Source: Marsupella aquatica (Eukaryota > Plantae > Marchantiophyta). Taken from it: 64,000 bases of DNA. The DNA lies in contig OZ316898.1 of assembly GCA_973895155.1 (NCBI GenBank), positions 1,337,827 to 1,401,826 of the forward strand, given 5' to 3'. The translations under genes were made by a program, and so were the position numbers. Position 1 is the first letter of the stretch. The number at the start of each line of letters is the position of its first letter. The notes beneath the pieces were generated by a model. It searched no databases. It saw nothing but the letters and a program-made list of their open reading frames with translations, and was not told the origin of the DNA. Below, one piece after another: positions 12,711 to 26,830 of the stretch.

Positions 12711-13649
12711 AATAATATATGTATCTTCCAGTAGGTTATGGTCTGCCAGTAATCACGCATCAAATGTGATAATATAGTGTACACTTATTACATGCCAAGA
12801 ATGGAGCAAATGATCTCAAAAAATCTCAAAATTTGTGAGATAATAGATTGGACATGAGCCAACATGGTACAGAAATTTGAGATTAAAGAAACATACAAAT
12901 TTTGCCAAAACCAACAGTTGACAGTTACTCAGGGTGCCTGAAGAATACTAGAGACAAACTTAGCAAATGTGAAGTGTACTTCCAAAAGTAGTTAGTCAAT
13001 TTTCTAGTGTAAATTGACTAATGACTTTACTTATTGTGGGGGAAGCATAACAAACACCTTGGTCCATCCAGGCTTGAAATTTCAAAAAAAAAAGGAGAAC
13101 AAAAATAAAAAAAGATTATTAAAAACTGGAGGTATAACAAAACTCAAACTCATAGAAAATACAAAAGATCAATCCCAGATAAGGCACACTTCAAGTTTAA
13201 TAAGCTTTAAGTTGGATCCCTTGATCGAGCAAGTCATAAGGGATTCTCTACAAGCCAAAGCCAGACTTGTCTCATACATCCACATCATAAGCCTTCATTT
13301 ATTTCATACTTTCTTGTAGGTGTTTTCCCATCTTGTACACATTCTAGTTCTAGTTTTAATTTCATTCTGTGTGAATCCCACAGATAGGGGTACTAGTTAG
13401 CAGGCCAATGCAAGCATAACAATGCCCAGTAGGGTGAGACAGGCCAAAGCAGCTGAAAAAAGAAAAGAAAACAGGGCGGCTCAGCCAGACCCACACCCAA
13501 AGAGTGAAAACATACTTCATACACCATCTTCACAGCCTTGCATACAAGAGCAATTACGAGGGGATTGACTCCTCAACTCAATGTCATAGAAATTTGGCAG
13601 TGGGCAATTAGAAGCAAGTGTTTCAAATAAGTCACCAACTGACATCCTA

Positions 13650-14300
13650 AATGATTAAGCCTTCAAGCCAGGCCCGCATAGTGTGAAAGAGTACATTTTT
13701 TGCTTTTTAACACTTTCTCTTAATATGTCAATTTTTTTGGCTGGAGTGATTGAGTGGCCTTGGACTGCCTTGCCAAGTTGCCATCAACAAGGTCTTTGGT
13801 AGACTGTCATCACAACTGGACCTTATTCGAGATGCATGACCTTCATTTTAGGAGTTTTTGTCCCTTAGTTGGCCTTGTTTGACTTCAGGCTGACCTAGAC
13901 GGGCTATCCAGCATCCTTGCAAATGCATCTGTCATGGACCAAGTCCAAATTCTCTCTTTAGAAGGGCAAGTCACAGGGGGCTGGCTTCAAGCCAATCCAA
14001 CTTACCCTCAAATGTAACATGATCTCATTTGTGGATGTCTTTGCCGGGTCTTTAGAGTAGTTCTCAATTACTTTGAACCTCTTCACTCTGTCTAGACTCT
14101 GTTAGTATCTCTTCTAACTTCTCACCATAGAAGGTATCCAGTCAGAAGCCCAATGGGTGATTGAGTAAGGTTTGGAGTATGTTATGTAATTACTTGGGAT
14201 ACTGCTTGAGCAACCATATGGCCCAGCTATATTTGAGCTGGCTGGAGCAACAGAGTTGAACCAGCTCCTGAAATGCACTTTGGTTTAATTAGGTGTTTAA
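13650..14300 (-). mobile_element. Degenerate LINE ORF1-like remnant
   Basis: Fragmentary translations (PYSITHW, VSWIGL) resemble plant L1 ORF1. Many stops. Confidence 0.3.
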
Positions 14301-16452
14301 CTAAGAGATATGGGCACTGGTGAGCACCTCCTAGAGCAATGGAGTGATGAAATGGCTATTGTGGTTGCAAGTGTACTATCAAGTTTCACTGGCAGTGTTT
14401 CCAGCCAAAATTAGTGACTTACAAGTCATTGGAGGCGTGCCCCTCCTTCCATGGCTTGTTTAGCTGTAGTGGTAGTTTTAGAGCCAAGTTGCATGTTATG
14501 GGCCCTTGAATTTCTGGCCCTTATTATTCCAAAAGATGCTGGCAAAGAGCAGATTGCACTTGCCCAGGCCAGAAAAATTGTGTAAATGCGACTAATGTGT
14601 GTACTGCTTGTCATTTGCAACTAAAGATTATACAGGGCATTGCAACAAGTTGCTGCTCCTCTTTGCAAATTGTTTTTTGTGCCTTTGCTGAATTCAGCAG
14701 GACCGCAAGGGCCAGAAAGTTTACAGTCCTTGCCTTTGGAAATGCTAAATTTATGCCATCATGAGGGGGTTCATGCTGGTTGCTCTTGCTCAGTGATAGG
14801 GTGGTGTGTGCTCACATGCGCATGTTAGCACTACTAGTTACTTGTTTTTCATATCCTACCCCTCCTCCTGGGGCCTCCCTCTCTCTGTATTTTGTCTCTT
14901 CTTATGGCATTAAAAACCCAACCTATTAGCAAGCCTACTCGGTCACAATAGATTAAATTTGAGCACAGGGTATCGTATATGGTTTCAAATAATTTTCTAC
15001 AGTCGGATGGTTGCCCAGGGATGGTTGCCCACAATAACATTCTGGGGCCATTTTAGGGCCCCATCACTTTTATTGACCTTTGTTCTTCAAGGCAAGAACA
15101 ATCTTTCTAAAGATAGTGCCATCATTACTTTGTTTGGTTCTTTTTCTAGAACTTATGGTTTTACTTTCATTAGACTTGATCCTTCGTTTTTAATTGAGCA
15201 CTGCTCTCTATAGAGACAAACAGTACGAAAAACCTTTGTCTCAACTATAATTATCCCCAAACAAACCAATCGTCCTCAATCCTCATGGTGTATGAAGCGA
15301 GAGCCTCGAAGGGAAAAGCTCCACACTTTGGCACTCGTTCCTATTCTTAGGGTCCCTCAGCCAGGCTCCATCATTCTGAACCCGTGGCCCTCGTTAGTCA
15401 ATGAAGAAATGATCATTTTATTTCATTGGAAAGCTAATCTGAATGTGATTATCGTTTGTGTAGATTTATTACTTTGTTAGACAATACCTTTTTAGGGTGT
15501 GATTGCCCTTTTTCTCCAATTATTAGCTTTTCGACTGTGATCTGACTCGTTTCCTATCCAGGGCAGATTGGAAAGGACCATCGTACTAAAAAAAGGGACA
15601 AACAAAGTACCAGCTAGTGTTCCTGTGGCAAATCTAAGGACAGCCAGGCAGGATCATTATCCAGCAATCTTTAAGCAATCATTATTTTTTACAGCCAGAT
15701 TTTTTTGGGGATGATTGGGTGATCTGGCCAAAAATGGAATTCCAGTAGTGTCATAGGAATTTGAGGGGTCTCAGATTTGGTCACTAGGTCAATCAAAATT
15801 TCAAATGAAATAATATATCCCCAAATCTAAAGTATCTTTGGTTCCGTGCAGGTTTTCATTTCATGATCAATGCCACTTCAGCCACTTGTTCTTTGTGTGC
15901 TTTCTGCAATAAATTTTTTCGTGTCGTGGAGTGTTCATCTCAATAGGCTTTTGGGCCACTTGTTTTTGTTGTCACTGTTTTCCAAGCTACATTTGATGAG
16001 CTTTCTCTCACGCGACCTGCTGCCAGTTGCTGCTTGACTAAGGGGCCCCCTTGCATGTAGTTGGCCTCAGTTTTGTGGCTCTTGATTTTACCATAACTGT
16101 CAGGAGAAAGCCATGAGGGATACACCCCAACAATTTATGCTGCTGCTACGCGGCCAGAGACCTTGAATGGCAAGTATAAAGGGAGTCAATGTGTTTGATA
16201 CAAGTTTCACAGGTTGAGACCGGATCTCAAGGGTTAGAAAGTTTCCTGCCTTTGCCCTTCAGTCTCACTTTAACTACCGGAAAGCCTGGCTAATGAGGGC
16301 GCTCATGCATGAAATTCTCCATAGTATGACGCCAGACATTCATGACAAGACCTGTTGGATCCACCAGGTTTCACCATTAATAATAACTTGAACTGAAATA
16401 GTGGAATGACCTCACAGGGTAGAGGAAGGAGTGAGTGGAATCTGGGAAAAGG

Positions 16453-16515
16453 GCACTGGACACTTTCTCCGTGTGTGTGACCGCACTGGACACTTTCTCC
16501 GTGTGTGTGACCGCG
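16453..16515. repeat. 30-bp tandem duplication
   Basis: gcactggacactttctccgtgtgtgtgacc x2. Confidence 0.85.
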
Positions 16516-17881
16516 GTCTAAGGTCACATTCAAAGCTGAGTGCCAACTACATGCAACACAATTCTAAGGTGGAGTTTCTCATGATCAATTCAGTGAACCC
16601 CTCATGTATTATTTTCTAGCCTGGATAGGGGCTCATGAGACTTTGAGCACCAACTAGACCTGGTCAGCCTAGCTGGGGTTATGACACATATGTGAAACTG
16701 TATAGTGTCTCTAGACCATGGGCAATAGAGCAAACTAGATAATATAATTGGCAATCCAAGTCTAGTGTTCATGACTTACTGTAAAGAGTGAAACCATTTG
16801 GCCGCAACTGATGTGGTGACAGAATCATTTGATATTTAAACTATGATTGTAATTTGGAACTGGCACATCTGGTTAAGGGAGCCCTTCCTGGGCATATGCA
16901 TGGGGAGGTGGCTGGGTAGGTGGGCTACTTAGAGTTACATTCCATCTCCACGCTGTAAACCTTAGGTTAAGTAACTCCCTGTAACCTCTCCTTGCAATGT
17001 CCCCTCAAAAAACATGAAAGGTCTAATTAATCTGCAGATTTCTTGAAACTCCATATTTCTTTCTTGTGGCATGCTCTGGTTTATGCCTGACACCAGTTAC
17101 ATGGGTACCAATACCATGCCAGCAAGCAGGACATATTTTTCTTTTGCAAGGGAAAAATTCCCCGCAAAGCTATACTTTTTCTCATATGAGGAAAAAACTC
17201 TAAATATCTAGGTACAGCTTTGTTAGCAAACGTAGTATCTTGGTAGCCAAAACTTGCTTTCGAGTACCTTAAATATTGTGTCATATTTTCATGAGACCCA
17301 ATTAGAAGGCTCACTAGCCACATTCATGAAGTACGTACTAGAAATGCACTAGAAATATGCTGCCAAATTACAGAATGTGCCTAGTAAGCAGGAGACAGGA
17401 CCGAGGACAGGATTCCAAAGACTGGAGACCCTATATAGTCTGGACATAATTTACAAGTGGGAGAGAACTAGGGAAAACCCAACAAGATAGAAAAGCCAAA
17501 AAGCTCAATAGTCCCCAACCATAGCAAAAGAACTAAAGCTTTACTCGGCAACTAACTAAAATGCCTAGTATAGCTAGGAGTAAACTGCATGGAAGGGTCA
17601 GAGAGGAATTTGTCAATATTAAGCCCTAAAACCACCAAGGCTAGTGGAGCAAAGTCTAGTAGAGCTAGGGAGTAAACTGGATAGGAGGCTCTGAGAGAGG
17701 AATTTGTCAGTAAGCCCTAAAACCATCAAGCCTAATCGAGCTCAGGCCTAAATTACATAATAGGGGTCCAGAGGGGATTTTATCTAGAAGTCCTTGAACC
17801 AACTCCCCTGAGTACTACCGAAATCCAAAAACTCATCAGCCATATATAGAGAACCCCTCTTGTTTGCCATACTCGCATCTT

Positions 17882-18225
17882 AAATTCCTCTTGTCACACT
17901 GTTTTGCAACAAGTCTCGCATGGTTAAAATCCTATTGTCACACTGGTTTGCAACAAGTCTGGCATGGTTAGAATCCTATCGTCACACTGGTTTGCAACAA
18001 GTCTAGCATGGTTAAAATCCTCTTGTCACACTGGTTTGCAACAAGTCTAGCATGGTTAAAATCCTCTTGCATTGTCACGCTGGTTTGCAACAAGTCTAGC
18101 ATGCTTAAAATTCTCTTGCATTGTCACACTGGTTTGCAACAAGTCTAGCATGGCTAAAATCCTCTTGCATTGTCACACTGGTTTGCAACAAGTCTAGCAT
18201 GGTTAAAATGCTCTTGTCACACTGG
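17882..18225. repeat. Minisatellite, about 7.5 copies of a 44/49-bp unit
   Basis: Unit aaaatcctctt(gcatt)gtcacactggtttgcaacaagtctagcatggtt, head to tail with no spacers. Copies 5-7 carry a 5-bp insertion. Confidence 0.95.
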
Positions 18226-18399
18226 GGACTCGCATCGTACAATGCCTCCAGTTGCACACGAGGTTGTTGCTAAGAGTTGCATCCCCATGGGCCCAGGGCC
18301 GAAAAGGCCACCGAGCGAGCGTCACGATCGCCTGCAACGGACCAGCTCAGGCAGGTTCAACAAAATCTTTTGGAGCTCGAACGCCGGGAGCAGACGGGC

Positions 18400-18590
18400 G
18401 GGGCGGGGCCCCGCCTCTTTATCTATGGAGAGGTTACAGGCAGTTGGCCGCGCCCAGGGCCCCGCCTCTTTAATTACCCATTTCCTCGTTGTCTTCCCCT
18501 TCATCTGTGTGTGTGTGTGTGTCGCTCTCTCTCTCTCTCTCTAGCTCGCAGTCTCTCATCTCGTCTCCTCTCATCTCATCTCGCATCCAC
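18400..18590 (+). promoter_or_regulatory. Putative Pol II promoter / 5' leader
   Basis: Duplicated gggccccgcctcttt motif followed by (TG)n and (CT)n tracts, typical of plant TSS/5'UTR regions. No long ORF follows. Confidence 0.4.
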
Positions 18591-19865
18591 ACTCTACCGT
18601 CAATTGTCAAGGATGTGCTCGTGTCCACTCCGTTCGCCTCCCCTGCCAGCATGCAGCTCGCCGCATTCAGGAGGCTTGGGCTGCTCCTGCTCTAATGGTG
18701 ATTATTTGCCAATTCCCTCGGTACCGACCTTTCCAGTGGACAGCATTCCTGCATGTGGCTATTAAACCTGCTTGTAGCTTCTAGACCGGAGTTTTTCCCT
18801 TCATTTGTGTGCTACAGATTGCTAGAGTGTTCTGTAGCTCTCGCGTAGACGTTACCTGAGTCGATTCTCATTCGTTAGCTTGCGGTAATGCGTTAGAGAT
18901 GTACGGCACATTCGTACGACACTTATTCTACCGGTCACTTTTAAGCAGTGCCTTGAGTCCGGGCTCGTCTGCATGAAATCAAAGCCTCGGGGCCAGATTT
19001 CTACGGTGCGGTTGATGCTGATGCTGATGCTGATGCAAATGAATTGATCGATCAGGTACTTCTCGACCAATTTGGTTTGAGAAACTGAATGAAAAACTCG
19101 GCTGCTAATAGTGATTATTTAACCTTGGTTGAACAGTACAGCTATTATATATTATACTCAGCGTTTCCTGACTTTCAGTTTTATTTTGTTTATGATGTTT
19201 GTTACTGCATCAGAAAGATTCACTGGTACAGCCTGGTTGTCATGTCATGGCCTGGCAGCTATGTCTGATAAAGCGCGACTTCCGTGTCTCACAAGAAGCT
19301 GGCAGTTTCGGCAGGAGATACTTCCGTGGAAAGAAAGTAATTGGTCGGTAGCCGTGGGTATAAGTATACAGAGCTCCTTCTATATCGTTGTGTAGAAGCT
19401 GGTACAATGTTGCGCTTCAAGCTCTGTGGCTTCAATTTCTCACAGATATCACTGCTTCCTCAGTCTTTCCCCCTTGACTTCTCTGTGGACATTGAGTTGA
19501 TTCATCCGTTGATTCCTTCAAAGCCGGACTGGATATCCTTTTTTGGTGCATACGAACACTAGGTCGAGAGTACGTTGTGACTCTGCTAAATCAATGGTGA
19601 AAGTTCTGGTTTATCAATCCTGATCGATAGCAATCTAACTGACTTGTATAGGTTCCTTTAAACGGAGCGCGGACTTCATTCAAACGCAGAACGGACTTCA
19701 CATGGTCGATGCAGCGCAAGCTTTAGCTATCGTGTAGCGAGGCAACCGTCCACATCGAGATCAAAGGGAGCATATCTTGCACATGCAAGCGATGTGGATG
19801 CAACTAGCAGATATTGCAACTGACCAGCGATGAAACTACGACCTTATATCATCCACCGCATGTTC

Positions 19866-19951
19866 CTACTGGCAAGCTGCGTCTTGTCTCATCAATAGTC
19901 CGGGTGATTTGTGCCGTCACCCGACTGATGAGGCAAGACGTGGCTTCCTAG
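19866..19951 (+). ncRNA. Candidate pre-miRNA hairpin
   Basis: aagctgcgtcttgtctcatca (19874-19894) pairs at all 21 positions with tgatgaggcaagacgtggctt (19926-19946), using 3 G:U pairs. Upper stem cgggtga/tcacccg with a 9-nt loop. Confidence 0.6.
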
Positions 19952-22900
19952 AAGATTACACGCTCATGGCGTTTGTCAGAAATAGGGAATGAAATGTCAT
20001 GGGTACCAATTGATCGAAGTGTGTAGAGATGTACTTTGGAGTCGATCAAACCGATGCAGATCGAACATCTAGCTTAGAGGAAGGACGTCCCCGTCAGAAT
20101 TTAATTTGCTGTCAAAATCAGGTGACTTCATTTCCTTAGTTTCATTCATTCGCCATGTGCTTAGTGACCTCTCTGCAGGCACCAGTTGTCAAGAATACGT
20201 AAATTTTGTATAACTGTGTGTATGCAGGACTTCTAGCTGCTTGAAACAATTTTTCAAACCTGATTTACATTGCAAACACACATAAAGTCGTGGATAGCCG
20301 ACGATGTCCAACTGCCCATTTCGTAAGACATTTGAATACTTATTACATCAATCTCTAAGAGTCCATAATTGGCAGAAAGAAAATTGTTGTTATTTTTAAT
20401 TAATCATCATAACTATTTTACTCAAAATATGATAACAACAATAAAGATTTATTTTCCACAGTATGGTCCAGATAAAACTCGTATTGACTTGTGGGATTTG
20501 GGAATGTAGTCATATATAATAGAGGAGATATGGTGGAAAGAAACTGTAAGTGATAGTTTATCATAATAGATCTTTGAGCTCAGCTGTTTTCAAACATTCC
20601 CGGCGGCAACTTAGAGACTGTTCACTAGTGCCCTGTCTTGATTCTAGCCTTGAGTCGGTCGCTTCCTCTCAGACGTAAAAGTCTTGTCCGATTTGAAACA
20701 CATGACCAGGTCAAACAAGGAGATGAAGAAATCAACTGCCTAAGATTATACTTGGCATATTCTGAACGCTGGCAAACTGTCCGAGGAAGAATCTGATGGA
20801 ATGGTTGCTCTCTCGTTACTTTGCGATGAAAGCACGTGAATTGACGTATCGATCAGTGGCTAAATACTTGCCCGAACTGCGTGGGTGCGTCGGCATTGTC
20901 ATTCAAGCATACAACCGCAATTTAGTTAACTGCTTGCTAGTTTGCTCTGAAGAGGCCTGTCGTTGTCGTAAATTGAAATATTTGAGACGGATAGACATAC
21001 TGCACAGCTAAGTAAATCCATTTCTCGTTCAGTTGAGTGCAATTTTGCTGCAATCAGTGCAAGGAGGTCTGATCAATCTCAGGAATCACGGTGTTTGTAG
21101 GTGCCGACTTGCTCTCGAGTCACCTTCCGCTGAATCGGGAGCCTTTTCATCACGTGAACCACACGTGCATGGTGAACGGGTATAATCAAGTAGAATTTGT
21201 CATGCCGCGATTTTCTGACGTTGGCGCTTACGACGAGAATTAACATTCGGTGTCATCAGTCATCAGTTCGTCTCCCATGTGGCCATTTAGAGGAAGCGCA
21301 TGACAAGGTTTGACTGCGTTCATTTGACAGTAGTATGTTCTGTGGTGTGCTTGCGTCCTGATCCAATCGGATAGGCTCATCGGCTGCTGCCCGAGAAATT
21401 CTCGATGAGTTTTCTCGGGCTCTGAAAAATGCTGGTCCCGCCATTCATTGTTGCCTGTGTTGTATATTGCCGGCTGCCTTTTGCACATATAAATGGTGTA
21501 CCGTATGTCTTCACGTTTCTCAATGTTATGATGTGTAGATTCGCTGAAGGGTGGATCTTACTCAACTTTAGTTATCCCGGCCTGCCTCTTTCGTAGATGT
21601 AGTAATCATCATGGTGGCAAGTGAGGTTGTGGAAAACTTTGGCACAAACCCGTTCACAAAGTAAGTTCATCAAAGCCCTTGGAACACGCTAGACTTGACA
21701 CTTAGAAAACTTAAAGATCCCTCTTGAGTCTTGAGCTTATATACCAACTACCGGAAATGGGCAGGGAGCATATAATCATGGGACCGAAAAGGTTCAAAGG
21801 AACCATTGGCCTAAATCCCGAAAATGGTGCTACAATTTGGAGCTTCAGAAAATCAATCATGAATGTCACCGCCTTTAGGTCTCGTTCGTGAGTCAGAATC
21901 GACGTCATCCTTTCAGCAATCGCCATGTCTTTATGTCCGAATAGGTTGCAGTTCAATTTTTAGAGAGATCCTGTAAAGTGCCACTCCGTCAGGACTAGTA
22001 GGCCGCAATTTCATGGGACGGGTCAAACTAGTCCCGAGTCCTGCGCCAGCCGACGCGTCTCTCGGTGTGCTCTGGTGGTCTAGTTCTCCTATGGCACGCA
22101 CCCGACTCCGTGCCTGCCGGCAAAAAACAAAATCATGTTCACCAAATAGTACCAAGACCTGCACTGAGTTCTATCTTTGCAACCCTTCCTCTCCGACATT
22201 CCATGCAAAGTCACATGTTGCTGTGGGTAGTCTTGGGCTCCCCGGTTGTCTATCACTGGCTGTCTGGCTTTGGTTCATGAAAGACCGATTCTCCCTTTCT
22301 GTCATAACTATTCATCCCCGTCATCTTTTGGAACCATAGACTATTGGTCGTGCTGTTGGACGGTTTTGTGCCTCCTGCAAAATGAACGGTGTCGCATTGC
22401 TGACTCGTATTGAACTTTCTTACAGCTCATCCCTCGTCCGGTGCTACTGCTTTGTAGGTTTGGCCACGTCTAATTTTTGATATACTCAAATACATCGAGG
22501 CGTCACAATGTTGGCAACTACAACATTGCAAGCTCTTAAGTGACGACGACATAAACATAGCATCTCATCCAGTATCAAACTATCCATAAGTATCAGGTCA
22601 CAATGTTGAGTTCTGCAACACTGCAAGCTCTTCAGCTACTACCACATTAACATAATATCTCAACAAGTAACACAGGAGCAATATACATGAGTACTCACGT
22701 ACTCACGTCTCAGTTATGATCATGAGTATTAGACTAGTAGTATCCATATCCACAATTCAGTTTGATCAGTATCTATAATTTGTTTGTATCAGTGACTCAA
22801 GTTAATATCCACACTTAGCTTTTGATAAGTGATAAATGATGTTTCATGTCTCTAATATAATATTTTAATTAATATCAAAATAAATATATATATAAATATG

Positions 22901-25439
22901 TATATCTCAATATAAATATTAAAATAATATTACATATATTTTTAATAAAAAATTTAATCAATATCAAATATAATTAAATTAAATATATATATATTATAAT
23001 CATATGAGAATAAATATATTTATATAATATTATATTTTTTATTTATATTTTAAAAAATAAATTTATTTTTCAAAAAAAATATAAAAAATTATTTTCTTCT
23101 GAAAAATTAGTGAATAAAATAAAAAACCATAAGAACAAAAGACAAAATGTCATGAATAGTGTGTTTGAAGTTGCTTTTGGGCCAGTGTTATCTCTCTGAC
23201 AAGATATCTATTGAAAAGATTCACTCTGGACAAAGGAGTATTGGTAAAGGGCAAACTCCAGACTACATGGTACCTTGAACATTTGGTTCCCAAGTGAATC
23301 TTGAGACAATGGCATCCTCTCTAAGCATTCATTCAAGAGACTCATCGTTGGCAATAAATAATGGAGGAGGAAGTGACTGTAGAGATGAAAGAACAGAAAA
23401 GTCAGGGACGGCGAAGCGGATGCAGAGGTAGAGAATCGCGAGTCAGACTGATTTGGTCGCAAGCTTTTCAAAATGGGCCGCGAGCGAGGAAGAAGAAATC
23501 GGGGAGGTCGGGAATAGGCATCGGGTGCTCGAAGGTGATAAGTTGTCGACTCGATCGCGAGCTCGTAGGGAATCAAGGAGCTCGCGAGGTGTGGAGGTCG
23601 ATGATCAAGCCGCGAACGGAAGGAGTACGTCGACGATCACCTCCATGTTTAGAGTTGCCCTCACTGCCGGACCCCGTGCAGGACGTCACTCATCAACAGA
23701 ATGGCTGCGATTCTGGAAAGGGCTTAGAGCGAACGAACAAAAATGAGGCGCGAAATCGCCGACCTTGAAGTCCAATTGGCCCGACCGGAAAAAGCCAAAG
23801 CACCGTCAGAGCACCTGTCCAACGAGTTATTGGCCGTGGCGAAGCAGAGATGTTCGCCGGAGTCGCAAGAACGTAGGAAGAAACTAGAGGAGTCGGAGCA
23901 GCGAAGGTTGATGGAGTCGGAAGAAACGAGGAAGAGAGTCGAGGAGTGTGGACTGAGATCTCGGCAGTGGCCTCTTACTACTCCGGTCATAAGGGTGCTG
24001 TGTTTTTATACATGGCATTAAGTCTACACCCGCGTAGAAGCTGCAGGCCCAACAAGTAGGTTTGTGCTTCGCAACTTATACCTAGAATGCTGCAGATCTT
24101 TCAAATAAACTGCCATGGCATCTCACTCAAGAGCTGCAAGTCCAGCAAGTAGGTTGTGTCTCGCATCTGACTTATCTTATAACTAGAATGTTGCAGGCCT
24201 ACCGAAGAAACAGTGGCTTACGCAAGACCTGCGCAATGCAAATTAAACCGTCACTTTGGAATGTGACCTCGGCTACGTGGTGATAATCTTGAGTGTATAT
24301 ATTCAGAGACAGTAAAGGAATGGAAGCATTTCGAGAGGGAGTCGCTGGATGATACAGAATGAGAGCCACTTGAAATGAGAGCCACTTGATCCTGCTGATA
24401 TTCAATCGTTCTTAGCGTGCAATGAGAGCTGAGAGCCACTTGATCCTGCTGATATTCAATCGTTCTTACCGTGCAATGAGCCCACAATTAGAATGATTTT
24501 GAGGAAGTTCTACGTGCTTTTCTAGACACTCACCCATGGAAGGATTATAACTAAAGATGATGTATTTGTCCTCACTTACTACTTGCAATAACGTAAGTAA
24601 GGGTCTAACGGTGTGAGTTCAGGAGAAGCATTCCATTGTCGTATATATGGCACCCTGACCAGAACTCAAGGGAAATAAAAAAACCTATCAATTTTAGAGA
24701 GTCTGCGCAAGCCAGGTTCCTGACCTCGTGATATTATACCAGAATTGATTTGCTGCTGGATGACGTGCGTATGGAGACCGTCCCTGAGTTTGTCAAGAAC
24801 GTGGATGACTTCAAGCTTTCTTGACACCTAATATTATCGACTTTTGACGTCACATATTTCTGCGTCTGCAATAGTGTATTGAAGCTAAGTAACAGTTTTG
24901 TCCACCTCGAGAGGCTGCTGGAGGGCTCATCTTGCCTTGAGTGATTTAGGTCTACAATTTATTATAGATGTTAGTATTGTTGCGACATTCTACATCACTT
25001 TCCAATGATTTCTTTTGGAAAATATTCTAAGGGTTATTATCTACACTATCTGACTCTCTGTTGTCGTGTGATGATTGCATTCGTCACAAAAAGTAACCAC
25101 TAAGGATTCTTATCATTTATTATTATGTTCTTTTATGTTGCTAATGATTGGAGTATAAGTTAAACAATAATTCTCCAAGTTAACATAAATTATAAAAATC
25201 ATATCTCATACAAAAAGTTATTTATCCAGACTAACATAAAGTATAAAAATTATATTTCACATGAAAAAGTGATATTCATACACAAAAAATTACTTATCCA
25301 GATTAACATAAATTATAAAAATTATATCTCACATAAAAAGATGATATTCATGATATTCATGCAGTTATTTTTTGATATCTCCAGAAGAGTCTAGAACTCC
25401 AACTCTTTTTGATTTCATGCAAAAATATATGATTAATAT

Positions 25440-25970
25440 TATTAATAAGAATGTCAATCTCATAGAAAAGTTAATACTAGCAAACTTGACTCTTCATAAA
25501 AAAAATTGACGATCATAATCTTTTGATGATGAAAAATGTTTATTTTATCTCAAATATAATTATCATGAAAATATGTGTTATTACCATAAACATCAATTAT
25601 GATAAATATATTCAAAATAATATACAATTATTTCAATATTGACTTTGTTTGGGAATATTTTAAAGAAATATTTTTTGATTTGGTCCTTGCTTGAGTTTTT
25701 GGTGGTACTCATTCAACTACATCCAAGGAGTAAATTAATATTTCTTGAAAATTTCATCCAACAAAAATAATTATAGAGATATTTGTATTTTATTTTGAAT
25801 ATGTTTATTAAATATAAAGTTTATAGTAATAACTCATGCAATTTGTGATAAAAATGTTATAGATATATTAGGTGAATATTTTCCATTATCAAGAGATGTC
25901 TTGACTATTAAATTTTTTTATAAAAAACCAAATTCAATCATTAGTTTTTTTATATATTAAAATACTTATA
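25440..25970. mobile_element. AT-rich foldback / MULE-like non-autonomous element
   Basis: Long degenerate inverted arms, e.g. ttattaccataaac / gtttatagtaataa and tattcaaaataa / ttattttgaata, around a ~140-bp core. Ends are approximate. Confidence 0.5.
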
Positions 25971-26635
25971 TCATATCAAGTGAATAGTGTACCTAGTTAG
26001 CTAGACAGTTGTAAGATGGTTTTTTTGTATATTAAAATATTTATATCGCGGCAAGTGAATAGTGCACCTAGCTAGCTAGGGTGGGCTCCCCCTTTTCTCC
26101 CATAGAGCTTTGTGAACACAATGCAACCTTTATGTAAGTTCATGATGTTATTTTTCTAACTTGTATTGGCTTAACTTGTATTGGCTCAGACTAACATTCC
26201 TCTGGGATATGTTGCAATCATCACAAAAGAATCTGATACTGAAGATTGAGATAGGGAGCCTTTGTACTTCCTCCAAAAAAATCACTAGAGAATGATGTGT
26301 ACTATTCATCAATAGCAGCCAGAATAGTGAGAGAACAAATATGATGAGATCTAGATTGTTTTCGGAAATCACTGAAGGCATATTGCATAAGCCCATCAGT
26401 GGGACAAAACTGTTCTCAATTAAAGGCAAATTGCATAAGCCCTTCAGTGGGACAAAACTGTTCCTCAAGCGAACTCTCGTATATAAACAAATTGTGAGTA
26501 GATCTCAATTCTTGTCTCAATTGTGCTGGTGTGATTGAATGTGCTCTAGGCAGGGCTCTGCGTTTGGCCTGAGAAGCAGTTGTTGCGTGTCATAAAGTGG
26601 CTCATCAAACCCAAGAATAGCTTTCCAGATGGTTA

Positions 26636-26830
26636 GGTGGACTGAAGCCTAAAATGTGGCTTTCATGATTTGCAAAATTCCGATTTGGTCCCAATCTTCT
26701 CAAGACGGATTTTTTGCGTCTTTTACGAGCTTTCGGTGGACTGACGCCTAAACTGTGGCTTTCATGATTTGCAGAATTTTGATTTGGTCCCAATCTTTTT
26801 GAGAAGGGTTTTTTGCGTCTTTTACAAGCG
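26636..26830. repeat. ~100-bp tandem duplication
   Basis: ggtggactga.gcctaaa.tgtggctttcatgatttgca...gatttggtcccaatctt...ttttttgcgtcttttac x2. Confidence 0.8.

Noticed and set aside
17882-18225. CRISPR-like array
   Set aside because: Units are contiguous with no unique spacers, no cas genes are present, and the context is eukaryotic. It is a minisatellite.
21500-22000. Copia integrase remnant (PLNLFGPM...GSWY)
   Set aside because: Only one short motif resemblance, with no supporting domains or LTRs.
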